A DNA stretch of 64,000 bases, taken from assembly GCF_006345805.1 (NCBI RefSeq), contig NC_043005.1:75764001-75828000 (forward strand). Reading direction: 5' to 3'. This DNA is from Octopus sinensis (lineage: Eukaryota). Below the pieces are notes generated by a model. The model was not told the DNA's origin. It searched no databases and worked only from the letters and a program-made list of their open reading frames with translations. Each line of letters begins with the position of its first letter. Position 1 is the first letter of the stretch. The translations under genes were made by a program, and so were the position numbers. Shown here in pieces: positions 40,883 to 53,234 of this stretch.

Positions 40883-40902
40883 AGTGATGATGGCGACGGT
40901 GA
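40322..40902. repeat. (GAT/GAC)n cryptic trinucleotide repeat
   Basis: Direct inspection. Confidence 0.95.
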
Positions 40903-41324
40903 TATGTTTTCATTAATATCATATTTAATACCGATCTTTTGCAAAGCAGATTTCATAAAGCTGCCATTTCATGAGGCTGAAGCGAAGTCATAGGGTCTCG
41001 TTTACTTCCATTGGACTTGTCAGATAATGAATCAAGACCTGCGTTGTTGAGAAGCCATTAGCAAATCTCTCCCTTATTTAGATAAGATGCATGAGAAATT
41101 CAATATCTTTACTTGTATAAAAGTTCCTAATAGAACCAAAATAAAAGAAAAAAAAATGATTAATGTTTGTAGAAGATATATACCTCAGGTTCCTCTGTGA
41201 ACAGCTGTTTTTTTTATTATTATTTTTTGTTTGGTTGCTTGTTTGTTTGCAGCTTATTAGTGTTTTGCAGGGTGGGATGAGGGGATGATGGGGGTGGGGT
41301 GTATTTTATGAAAGTTAGGTGGTT

Positions 41325-42480
41325 AAAGAAAGGAAGATAGAAAATGAAGAAAGGAAGGAAGGAAGGAAAGAAGATGGGAAGGAGAGAATGAATGAATGGA
41401 AGAAGGAAGGAAGAAAAACTGGAAGAAAGAAAAAGGATTAAAGAAGGGAAAGAAGGAAGAAAGAAAGAAAGGGAAGAAGGAGAAAAAGAATGAATGAAGG
41501 AAGAAAGAAAAGGAAGGAAGAAGAATAGAAAGAAAGAAAAAAAGAAAGAAAGGAAAGGAGGAAGGAAGGAGGAGAAAGATATAGAGATAAGGCAATGAAG
41601 GAAAGGAGAATAAAAGCAAGCAAGAAAGAAAAAAGGAAAGAAAGAAGAGAAGAAGGGAGGAAGAGAAAAAGAAGGAAAGCAAAGAAAGAGGGAAAGAAAA
41701 AGAGAAAGAGAGAAAGCGAGAGTGAGAGCAAAAAAATATTGAAAAGTAGAAAAAAGAAAGAAGGGAAAGAAGAAAGAAAACAAATAAGGAAGGAAGAGAG
41801 AAAGAAAGAGAAAAGGAAAGAAGTAAAAGCAGTAAAAGTAAGCAAGAAAAAAGAAAGGAAAGAAAAGATAGAGAAAAAAGGAAAGCAAAGAAGGAAGAAA
41901 GAAAGAGAGAACAAAAGAAAGAGAGAGAGGAAGGAAAGACAGGAAAGAAAGAGGGAAGAAAGAGAGAGAGGGAAAGACTGAAAGAAAGAATGAAAAGTAG
42001 AAAACAGAAAGAAAAGAAAGAAGAAAGAAAGAAAGCAAAGAAAGAAGGAAGAGAGAAAGAAAGAGAGACGGAAAGAAGTAAAAGCAATAAAAGCAAGAAA
42101 AAAGAAAGGAAAGAGAGAGAAAAAAGGAAAGCAAAGAAGGAAGAAAGAAACGAAGAAAGAACAAAAGAAAGAAAGAGAGGAAGGAAAGACAGGAAAGAAA
42201 AAGGGGAAGAAAGAGAGAGAGAGAAAGACTGAAAGAAAGAGTGAAAAGGGGGAAAAGAGAAAGAAAAGAAAGAAGAAAGAAAGAAAGCAAAGAAGGAAGG
42301 AAGAGAGAAAGAAAGAGAGACGGAAAGAAGTAAAAGCAATAAAAGCAAGAAAAAAGAAAGGAAAGAAAAGAGAGAGAAAAAAGGAAAGCAAAGAAGGAAG
42401 AAAGAAAGAGAGGAAGGCAAGACATGAATGAAAGAAAGGAAAGAAAGTAAAGAAGGAAGTAAGAAAGGTAAAAGAAACAC
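41325..42480. repeat. ~1.15-kb polypurine (GA-rich) tract with internal duplications
   Basis: Nearly all A/G; aagaagtaaaagca.taaaag..agaaaaaagaaaggaaaga recurs at ~41817, ~42074 and ~42326. Confidence 0.9.
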
Positions 42481-43469
42481 GAATCAGAAATCTTGTTCAG
42501 AATCTGAATATGGAGATTAAATATACGCAAAAATAAAAAGGAAATAGGAGAGGTGGGGGTGGGTTGGGTGGGCAATAAAAACAAAAAACAAAAAAAAAAC
42601 TAAAATATACTTTCACAGCAATGTTTGTTCAAACAATATTTGCATAGTCCAGCTAATGATTAATATTGATAATATTTCAGCATTTATTGCATGAAAAAAA
42701 AAAGAGAGCAAAAAAAAAGAAACAATAGAATAATAACAAAAACAAAACAAAAAAGAAACCCTGAAAAAGGGCAGATTTCATCAAAACTTGTATCACGATT
42801 AGTATGAAATGACATGTAGGCCTTATTGGGTTGGTGGAAGTTATGTTTTTAGTTATTTATTTATTTTATATATTTTTTGATGTATTTTTATTTTGAAAGT
42901 TTAGTGCTAATGAAGATGTGTAACAGATAAACCATATTAACGCACACACACACACACACACGCACACACATGCACATACACACACGTGTATATCGTGTAT
43001 TTTGTGATCTGTATTTTGTGCTCCATGTAAATGTCTCAAGCCGACCTCATTCTCCCCACCTCTCTCTCTCTCTCTTGGCCACAGTCAGATAACTGAAACA
43101 TATAAAAGAATAAGAGAATACATGCATATACATATATATATATATATATGTATGTATGTATGATTCCATATATATGTACATATGTGTATGTATGTATATA
43201 TATATATATATGCCTATGTATAGTTGCATATATATATATTATTTACATTATATATATATATATTATATAAATAATATATATAAGCATATATATATATATA
43301 TATGTATGAATGTGTATATATATAAATATATATATATATGTATAAATATACACATATATATAGATATATCTGTTTTTAATCTATCTATCTATCTGTCTAT
43401 GTATCTATTTATCTTTCTATCTATCTATCTCTCTGTCTCTCTCTGTCTCTCTCTCCCTATATACATACA

Positions 43470-43504
<35 letters not shown>

Positions 43505-44360
43505 TCGTGTATGTATTTACTTATGTCAGTTTATAGAACAGAATTAGCTACAATAACTTGATTTGCTATAAGGAGTGAAGTCTCAGCATTTTAGCCATGG
43601 GATTCTTTGCTATTCGTGGTGATTCTATTGACTGTAATATATTATTTGCTATGAAGTTTCATGGATTAAGCTAGTTCTGCAAACATATGTGTGTGAATGT
43701 ATATATATCAATGTATGTATGTATGTATGTATGTATGTATGTATGTATGTATGTATGTATGTATGTATGTATGTATGTATGTCTGCATGTATATATGTAT
43801 GTATCTATGTATGTATGTATGTACGTATGTATGAATGTGTCTGTGTGTGCATGTGTAAGTATGTATGTGGCTGTGTGTGCATGTATGCACATGCCCGCAT
43901 GTTTGTGTATGTGTGTGTGTGTGTATGTGCATGCATGCTTTGAGCCTCTTAGGAAAGCCTGTCCTGTGTACTCTGCATGTTAGTGGAGCATCATTGTGGA
44001 AAGTAGAGATGTTTAAGTATATTGGATTATATTAGCAAATGATTGGATGTGAGAAGCTGAACTGGATGTTGGAATTACTGTTGCTGGTATGGTAATGTGC
44101 CAGTTTCGGCAGTCAATCCTCTTCATCATCATCATCATCATCCAGTATTTTAAATCCAGGTTTTGTCCCCATTAACGAGGGGTGGCTGGATCTACCTCAA
44201 TGCCATAGCAACTGAGGCAGGCATGAGGTGGTGTAGCATTATCTTTGAACTTTGAGCCTCATAAAGGCAATGACTGGTGACTGAGACCTTTGGCGATGTG
44301 CTGTGTTTGAGATGACCTGTCAAGTCAAGCGCACCAATGCTGGTGGCATGTAAAGAACAT

Positions 44361-44560
44361 CTATTGAATGTTGGGCCTCAAGGAGACAAAGGGGCCGAGT
44401 TCCTTTTGAGTGTTGGGCCTCATGGAGGCAAAATGGCTGAGTTCCTTTCGAGTGTTGGGCCTCACATAGGCAAAGTGACTGAGAGCCTTTTGAGTATTGG
44501 GCTTCATGGAAGCAAAGTGGATGAGTTCCTTTTGAGTCTTCAGCCTTACAGAGGTAATGA
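44361..44560. repeat. ~42-bp tandem repeat (about 5 units)
   Basis: gagtgttgggcctcatggaggcaaaatggctgagttcctttt-like units. Confidence 0.8.
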
Positions 44561-44739
44561 TTGAGACTTTTGACATTATGTTTTGACATCCAGCTGAGCA
44601 AAATTGCAGTCGTGGCCGATGGATGGATGGATGGATGGATAGAGAGACAGATAAAAAATATACATGTTATGGCCAATCAGAAAGTAAAAACCTAAAATAA
44701 ATATGGCAAACATTTTGTCCAAAACTTGAACAATTCACA

Positions 44740-46853
44740 AATGTCCCTTATTAATCCAGCATTGTTGAGACCTGAGGATTGCCAGATTAGTGAATTACTG
44801 GATCACCAGTTGTTGGATTGAAACATACAGTTAACACAACAGCTAATAAACTCCATCCTATGTTTAAAACACCTTGTAAATCAGTACAACATATTTATTA
44901 AAGGTGAAAGAAGCATTAAACTGATATGGAAATGTTGTTAATTTTATGTGAGAAAGTTCACCACTGACGATACCTGCAAAATGAAGAGCTGGAATTTAAC
45001 ACTAAGCAGAGATACATATGAGGAAGTAAAAACTCAGAATGCTCATTTTCATCCTGAAAGATGGCCAAAACACTAGTAACTGGTAATGAAATTGGTACAA
45101 TATCTTTTTCAGGAATTATTGATGACAGTAGTATCATATCTGGGTGAGAAGGAGATGATGTATTGGATTTTCAAGTGACAACTCTTCACAGATATCACAA
45201 ATGTTACCTAATTTTTTTTTAACATATCTTTCAAGCTAGGCTGTTTCATATATCTCAGTCGTTCTTTGATTAGTTTGTCCTGCAGCATGTAAACATTCAT
45301 TATTTCTTGTTCAGTTACAAAATTGTATTGCTCAAGACCTTTTAGCACTTCACCTGTCAATTGAATTAACTTGGCAATAGAAGTTCTTTCAGCTACATCT
45401 TTCTCATTTTCATTAGAGCTTTCTTCTCTGTTTTCATCTCTCTCAGGATTAACAATCATCTGTTCAATTTCTGGCTTAGAATAATGATGAACATTAGTTA
45501 CAGCATTGCCTACATTCGTCCATTTCCCAGTATTATCTTCATCCATTCTTGATGCAAGTTCCTTGTTAGCAAGATTTTGATATACCACGAAAGTTCGTGT
45601 ATAATGTGATTTTCATTTTTAACCCTAAATTCTGTATTGTCATTTCAAGTGTCTTCACCAGCTGGAGACTCAAACATTGAATATAACCACCATTAATGCC
45701 TTCCGTTTTTTGGTTTGAATGCCCCTATTGACTTCCAAGCATTGGCAACAACAGTAAACTATATTCTTTGACGAATCTTCAGTGTTTTATGCTTACTTTT
45801 CCATTCTGGCATGTGTTGGACAGAATGTCAGAGGCAATATTTATGGCCAGATACCCTACTATCACAATTGAATTTGGTTGCCTCTTACAACATGCAAGGA
45901 CACAGGGTACCTACACTGAAACTGGGATACAAATGGCAAAATGTAAACCAAATTTCTTGCATTAAAATATTTAAGAAATTCCTTTGCAGCCTCATAAATA
46001 TGGATCAAAACTTAGATATAAGAGAATGTGATAATCAGTGCTGGGCTTCAATTATTGTTGTACAATTTGGTGGGAGATAGAAATGTTAAATGTTTTTATC
46101 TTCATCAGAAATTTTGCTGGAGGTGTACAGAGCAGTTGACTAAAGTAAGCATTTTCTTACATTTGTAGCTTAGACCAGTAGACTCACACAGAGTTCTTAT
46201 TTCTGAACAAAATATTTTTCGACTCATTCCAATGTAACATTAGTTTTGATCCACCTCTTCTTGTTGGGACAGGAAATTACTAGAGAAATTTCTAGAAACT
46301 GTATCATATCTTTGAAGGCTTGAGTCATACACTTTTTCCTGATGTTCATTTACTGACACTTACATGTTTCTAAAGCGTTTGCACAGCTGAAAACTGATGC
46401 GATCTTTTTATGCTTTTATAATCTGTAGGTAATTATTCATCTTCACTTATCGGAATTCTTCATGGAATACATATCCAATATAAGGCCAACTCATGTGTAT
46501 TGTTGACCTGCTCAAGATTTAGTTCCCTAAGAAATTAACTCAACAAACTTGTCAAGGAATGCAGCCATTGCTTCCATGCTTGTCGAATATTTTTCATCAT
46601 GAAACAATATTTTCAGGAATGGTACTGCTTGAAACATTGAAGCCAACTTTCACTATTCTTTTACTTGTTTCAGTCATGTGACTGTGGCCATGCTGGAGCA
46701 CTGCTTTACTCAAGCAACTCGACCCCAGGATTTATTCTTTGTAAGCCTAGTACTTATTCTATCGGTCTCTTTTGCCGAACCGCTTAGTTACAGGGATGTA
46801 AACACACTAGCATTGGTTGTCAAGCGATGTTGGGGGGACAAACACAGACACAC

Positions 46854-46889
<36 letters not shown>

Positions 46890-47190
46890 TATATATACAT
46901 ATATACGACTGGCTTCTTTCAGTTTCCGTCTACCAAATCCACTCACAAGGTTTTGGTCGCCCCAGGGCTATAGTAGAAGGCACTTGTTGAAGGTGCCACA
47001 CAGTGGGACTGAACCCGGAACCATGTGGTTCGTAAGCAAGCTACTTACCACACAGCCACTCCTTAATTCTTTGTGAAAGACAATTTAGCTTCTCCTTCTC
47101 CTGAGCCCAAGTAACTGAATTTCATTGTTTATGCAAATCTTAAAACACATCAGCAACACTTCATCCAGATCTGAGCCTTTCCTGGTTTAC
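44740..47190 (-). mobile_element. Decayed pogo/Tigger (Jerky-like) transposon, interrupted by a SINE
   Basis: Minus-strand remnants: DLDEVLLMCF and SWLQCFKQYH (CENP-B HTH), EQVNNTHELALYW, NKKRWI, LTLVNCSVH, YLPPNCTTII (DDE_1), C-terminal KQPSLKDM. Confidence 0.75.
46655..47063 (-). mobile_element. Family A tRNA-headed SINE
   Basis: Reverse complement of the family A consensus. Confidence 0.85.
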
Positions 47191-47436
47191 ATGTTTTTTT
47201 TTTATCTTTTGTCTTTTACCTGTTTCATTCATTAGATTGTGGCCACTGAATTTCTAGTCAAATGAATCTACATCTGTACTTACCTTTTTAAAGCCTTGTA
47301 CTTATTCTATCAGTCTATTTTGCCAAACAGCTAAGTTACAGGAATGTAAACACATCAACACTGGTAGTCAAACAGGTACAAAGACACACACAAACAAGTT
47401 TCTGTCAGATTCCATCTATCATATCCACTCATAAGG

Positions 47437-47596
47437 TGCAGGAGTGGCTGTGTGGTAAGTAGCTTGCTTACCAACCACATGGTTACAGGTTCAGTCCCAC
47501 TGCATGGCACCTTGGGCAAGTGTCTTCTACTATAGCATCAGGCCGACAAAAGTCTTGTGAGTGGATTTGGTAGATAGAAACTGAAAGAAGCCCACC

Positions 47597-47644
<48 letters not shown>

Positions 47645-47850
47645 TTGTGTATTTGCATTTGTCCCCCCAACATCACTTGACAACCGATGGTGGTGTGTTT
47701 ATGTCCCCATCACTTAGCACTTCGGCAAGAGAGGCCGATAGAATAAGTACTAAGCTTACAAAGAATAAGTCCTGGGGTCGATTTGCTCAACTAAAGGCGG
47801 TGCTCCAGCATGGCCACAGTCAAATGACTGAAACAAATAAAAGAATAAGG
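47437..47850 (+). mobile_element. Family A tRNA-headed SINE
   Basis: Full head, internal (TA)n and tail; further copies at 57030-57470(-) and 60903-61565(+). Confidence 0.85.
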
Positions 47851-48575
47851 TTGTAGTCAGCTTGGGACTATAGTAGAAGACATTTGCCCAAGGTGCCACG
47901 CAGCAGTACTGAACCCAGAACCATGTGGTTTGGAAGCAAGCTTCTTACCACACAGCCATACCTACGCCTATAGAAAATATGGAATACTTCACAACTTTTT
48001 TTTTACATACTAATATATTTATTTATTCAATTCACTGTCAGCAAAGAACTGGAGTGAATTTTTCTTTCTGTTCCTTTATGTCACACACTGTCAAAGAACT
48101 AATGTTGCATAATTCTCACAAGCATCTAACAGACACACTGGTGTTAAGTTGTTTTAGAAATCCAACATTATTTGTTATTATCTGTTGGACAATGTGTAGC
48201 ATTTGTGCTTTACATCATAAGAAGCTCTTCCATTATGCAGTGAAGCCATGTCAGGGGTTAGGTGTGATTCTGGTCCTAATAACAAATGCAGGAAGATGAG
48301 TTGGAATAACTTACTGGTGTTCATGAGTCAGTGGAACAGAAATGGAAATTAAGTCCATGACATGTTTTATCTTTTGTCTTTAATTTTTTATCTTTTACTT
48401 GTTTCGCTCTTTAGACTGTGGCCATTCTGGGGCGTTGGCGTTTTTCTAACTTATTTTTTAAGCTTGGTTTTTATACTATGGGGTTTTTTGCTGAAGTTAT
48501 GGAGATAAAACACTCAGCATTAGTTGCCAAACAGGGGTGGGTGGAGAAAACAAATACACACACACACGCATGCAC

Positions 48576-48625
<50 letters not shown>

Positions 48626-48764
48626 CACGCATGCACACATGTGACAAGGTTCTTTCAGTTTTTGTCCACCAAATCCACACACAACCTGAGGTTGTAGTCA
48701 AAGACACTGGCTTTAAAAGGAATGTACATTGGCCACAAAATGTGTTTCTGAATTCTCAGAACTT

Positions 48765-49400
48765 TCCAGTTGAAAGATATCCACACCATTATTCTTCTCT
48801 TCTCCATTTTTGCCCGACCCACCTTGAATACCATTGTCCACTGTGGTCTCCCAACATAAAACAAAGTATCGTGAAAATTGAAGCACCTCAAAGGTCAATT
48901 ACAAAACAAAATAGCATGGCAGACCTTGACTACTGGAGTCAACTAGAAAATTTCAAACTTTATTCTCTCCAACACTGCTGTGAGTGTTACATCATCTGCA
49001 TGTGGAAAATATTCCATCAGCATTGCCCAAATAATGTTGGCATCGCTTTTAAGATACACCCAAGACTTGGAGCCCATGCCATCTGCCCACAACATAAATC
49101 ATTTTCGCATCACATAACAATATGGCACAATTATTTCACTTCAATAGACCCTGCTCTCTTTAACATTACACCAAAACTCATTAAAGCAGAAACAGACCCC
49201 ATAAAGTTCAAGACGGCTTTGGACAAATACCTTAAAAAAATCCTGGATAAACCATCTACACCCGGATATGTCGCTGTAAGCAATAACACCCTCCTTGAGT
49301 GGGCCATGTTGTCCATTTACTGATTTGAATGACTTTGCCAGGTGGTGATATTAAGTTAAACATGGGCTGGGCCAACACTGGTCAAGACCTATCAAGGTAT
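48765..49400 (+). mobile_element. 3' fragment of a CR1-group LINE
   Basis: HLEYHCPLWSP..KIEAPQRSITK..LYSLQ..FKTALDKYL. Confidence 0.7.
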
Positions 49401-49554
49401 CAAAGTATATATATATAGATATATATATATATATATGATAATATATATATATGTAAATTAATATATATATATATATCTATATATATGTTTACATATATGT
49501 ATATATACGTATATGTATATGTATATATATACATATACATATATGTATATATAC

Positions 49555-49589
<35 letters not shown>

Positions 49590-49631
49590 TGTATGTATGT
49601 ATGTATGTATATCTTTTTATTTATTTTGCAG

Positions 49632-49774
49632 AGATGACTTGTGAGCCGAAGAAACGAAGCTTGCATTTCAGAGATTCTGCCAAGATTCGACCATGTGAAG
49701 ATAATGGAAGCGAAGTTAGTTTGGAGGATACAAGAAAACAAGAAGTAGAAGAAAGAGAACAACAATGTAGTAAA
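49632..49774 (+). CDS. Putative internal coding exon of an unidentified gene (phase 1 start, phase 0 end)
   Basis: Acceptor ctttttatttattttgcag, donor AAA|gtaagg; only one open frame ([47 protein letters not shown]); unique, non-repetitive sequence. Confidence 0.55.
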
Positions 49775-49834
49775 GTAAGGGCTTTCACACTTGAGTTTTA
49801 ACACAGGCACCAGGTTACAAATTTAGCATCTGGG

Positions 49835-50400
49835 AGTCTCCTCCTACTCCATCTCCCCCTCATCTTCATCCTCAACATTTTTTCTTCCTTCTCCGATTCC
49901 ACTTCTTCCTTCTTCCACCTCCTTGCCTTCCTCAACTCTTCTTCTCCCTTCCCCTTCCTCCTCCTCCTCCTCCTCCACTTCCTACCCCTCCTCCTCCACT
50001 TCCTACCCCTCCTCCTCCCCTTCCTTTCATCCTCCCCTCCTTTCTTCCTCACTCTCCCCTTCCACCTCCTCTCCCTCCCATCTCCCCTCCCTCCGCCTCC
50101 CCCACTCCTTCCTCCTCCGCTCCCTCTCCCCCTCTCCTCACTCCTTCATCCTCTGCTCCCTCTCTCCTTCCTCCTCCCTTCCCCTTTCTCATCTCCCTTC
50201 CTCTTCCCCCTTACTCCTCCTCCCCTTCCTCTCCCCTTCCTCTCCTCTTCCTCTCCACTTCCTCCTCAACACTACTTCTTCCCCTCTCCCCCTCTTCTTC
50301 CTTAACTCTTCTTCTTCCTCCTTCTCCTTCCCTGCTTCCTCCTCAACTCTTCGACTCCCCTCTCCTCTTCCTCCAACTCCTCAACTCCTCTTTTCCACAC
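49835..50400. repeat. Polypyrimidine (CCT/CT) tract
   Basis: Direct inspection. Confidence 0.9.
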
Positions 50401-50428
50401 TTGTGTGGGTCAGATGGAATTCATTGAG

Positions 50429-50528
50429 NNNNNNNNNNNNNNNNNNNNNNNNNNNNNNNNNNNNNNNNNNNNNNNNNNNNNNNNNNNNNNNNNNNNNNNN
50501 NNNNNNNNNNNNNNNNNNNNNNNNNNNN
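50429..50528. other. Assembly gap (100 N)
   Basis: Run of n. Confidence 1.
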
Positions 50529-51064
50529 GATGCCCTTCTGAATGCCAACCCCTTTGCAGAGTGTGCTGGGTGCTTCTTACGTGACCCTGGCATAGGTGTG
50601 TTTATGCAGCCCTGGCACAAGTGCATTTTATGTGGCACCGGCACATGTAAAGCCTGTATGTATGGATAACAGTGATGTTACTTAGTTTGATATGTCTTCT
50701 CAAGTACAGCAAATCACCACATCTCCTGGTCCCTTGTCATTTACTCAGTGAAGCCCAGCATCCAAAGATCCTTTCTCATCACTTCATTCCATGTCTTCTA
50801 AGGTACCCTCCACAATTAGAGCTCAGCATTTCTTATTTCTTTACTACCTACAAGGGGCTAAACACAGAGGGGACAAACAAGGACAGACAAAGTGATTAAG
50901 TCGATTACATCGACCCCAGTGCATAACTGGTACTTTATTTATCGACTCCGAAAGGATGAAAGGCAAAGTCGACCTCGGCTGAATTTGAACTCAGAACGTA
51001 ATGGCAGACGAAATACCGCTAAGCATTTCACCTGGGTTGCTAACATTTCTGCCAGTTCACTGCT

Positions 51065-51600
51065 ATATTTCTTTCAGCAGCATTTCTTTTAAGCAGCTGC
51101 CCTCATCCATATGCATCACATGACCAAACAAGTGTGGTCTTCTCCCTTGCACCCACCATCTGATGCCTTTTATACCCAGTTTTCCTCTTAAAACATTTAC
51201 ACTCTGTCCTGCATGCAGACTGACATTACCCATCCAGTGGAGCATGCTAGCTTCATTACTTTCAAGCCTTTCCAAGTCCTCTGTAATCAAAGCCCATGAT
51301 TCACTGCCATGTAACATAGCTGAATATACACAGGCATTATACAATCTGCTTTTCACTTTGAAGGAGAGACCCTTAGTAACCAACATAGGCGGAAGCACTC
51401 TGAACTTTGACAGCCCGTTCTCATTCTAGCAACTACACTTTCAGAACTTCCTTCTCCACTGCTAATTCGGTCTCCAAGATAATAGAAGCTATCTACTACT
51501 TTTAATGATTTCCTCTTATTATTTGAGGGAGTCAATTGTCTACACATTTTTTGTGCTTATTGTACCTGCGCATTTTCCACACACAAAGACTCTTTACTCC
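51065..51600 (-). mobile_element. Decayed RTE LINE fragment
   Basis: KGLSFKVKSRLYNACVYSAMLHGSESW..FGHVMHMD. Confidence 0.8.
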
Positions 51601-51659
51601 TGCAATACCCCTACACCTCCAAAGCTTATATATACATATATGTCTGTGTCTGTAAATCC

Positions 51660-52715
51660 TCATCATCATCGTCGTCGTCGTTCAACATCTGCTTTCCATG
51701 CTGGCATGGATTGGACGGTTTGACTGAAGGCTGGTGAGCCAAAAGGCTGCACCAGGCTCCAATCTGTGGCAAGAGTTTCTACAGTTGGATGCCCTTCCTA
51801 ATGCCAACCATTCCGAGAGTGTAGTAGGTGCTTTTCACGTGCCAGCAGCATGAGGACCAGTCAGGCGGTACTAGCATTGACCACACTCAAATGAAGCTTT
51901 TTATGTGCCACCAGCACAGGAGCCAGTCAAGCAGTACCGGCAATAACTATGCTCGAATGGTGCTTTTAATGTGCCACTGGCACAGGTGCCAATCAGGCAG
52001 TGCTATCATCGGCCACAACAATGATTTCACTTACCTCAACAGGTCTTTGCAAGCACATCATTGCCTAACGATTGAAGGGTACTCTTAAATGGGCTGTTTA
52101 TGCTGCACTGGCATAGGCCATGGTTATGCTCTCACTTGGCTTACTGGCTTTTCTCAAGCACAGCATATCTCCAAAGGTCTTGGTCACTTGTCATTGCCTT
52201 GGTGAGGCCTAATGTTTGAAGGTTGTGCTTCACCACCCCATCTCCAGTCTTCCTGGGTCTACCTCTTCCACAGGTTCCCTCTACTGCAAGGGGGTGACAC
52301 TTTTTCACACAGCTGTTCTCATCCACTTGCAACACATTACCATACCAGCACAGTCATCTCTTTTGAACACCACATCTGATGCTTCTTAAGTCCATATCTT
52401 TTCTCAGGGCGTTTACACTCTGCCGTGTATGCACACTGACATTTCACATCCAGTGGAGCATACTAGCTTCATTCCTTGCAAGCTTATGCATGTCCTCAGC
52501 AGTCACTGCCCATGTTTCACTGCCATGTAGCATGGTTGTTCATACACATATGTCATACAGTCTACTTTTTACTCTGAGCAAGAGGCCCTTTGTCACCAGC
52601 AGAGGTAAGAGCTCTCTGAACTTTGTCCAGGCTATTCTTGTTCTAGCAGCTACACTTTCAGAGCATCCACCCCTGCTACTGACTTGATCCCCTAGGTAAT
52701 GGAAGCTATCAACTA
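51660..52715 (-). mobile_element. RTE LINE 3' portion with UTR
   Basis: AVEGTCGRGRPRKT; same family as 29353-30980. Confidence 0.8.
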
Positions 52716-52719
52716 CTTG

Positions 52720-53086
52720 TAGGTGGAGATTTCAAGGCTGGAATCTCCACTTCTGAATTTTGCAAACCATCTTCTGCAAGTTCTTTCATTCAAGCATTCT
52801 TTCCCATAAACTGAGTGTATGTTTCGAGTTGTTTTGGCAGCAGAGTTCTCTTTTTCGTACTCATAAAGCATTATGTACCTCAAATGCTCTTTGGATACCT
52901 CCATGTTAGAAAAGTTTTAATCAAAGAAATTTTAATTCTATTATTCTGTAGAAAAATATTTTATTAGTTTAAATGTACACAAATGCATAAAAATAATTTT
53001 TAATTCCATTAGACATTCTAAAATACTATTAAATTTCATTCAATTTAAAAAAAGATAAAATCGGACAGAATTTATGGGTTGACCTG

Positions 53087-53089
<3 letters not shown>
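52720..53089 (-). mobile_element. mariner 5' fragment (TIR plus N-terminal HTH)
   Basis: KEHLRYIMLYEY..SAAKTTRNI..ERTCRRWFAKFRSGD; TIR-like tatcaggtcaacccataaattctgtccgatt. Confidence 0.8.
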
Positions 53090-53134
<45 letters not shown>

Positions 53135-53158
53135 TACATACATACATATATATAGTTA

Positions 53159-53193
<35 letters not shown>

Positions 53194-53234
53194 TACATAC
53201 ATACATATATATAGTTATATATATATATATATAT

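Noticed and set aside
40317-40956. Poly-His, poly-Met and poly-Ser ORFs
   Set aside because: Trinucleotide repeat artefacts; the same applies to the [12 protein letters not shown] and poly-I/N ORFs throughout
41220-42584. 454-aa F/L/S-rich ORF and overlapping ORFs
   Set aside because: Artefact of a polypurine/polypyrimidine tract
48418-49323. 301-aa ORF as a gene
   Set aside because: Chimeric read-through of a SINE remnant, (CA)n and a CR1 fragment
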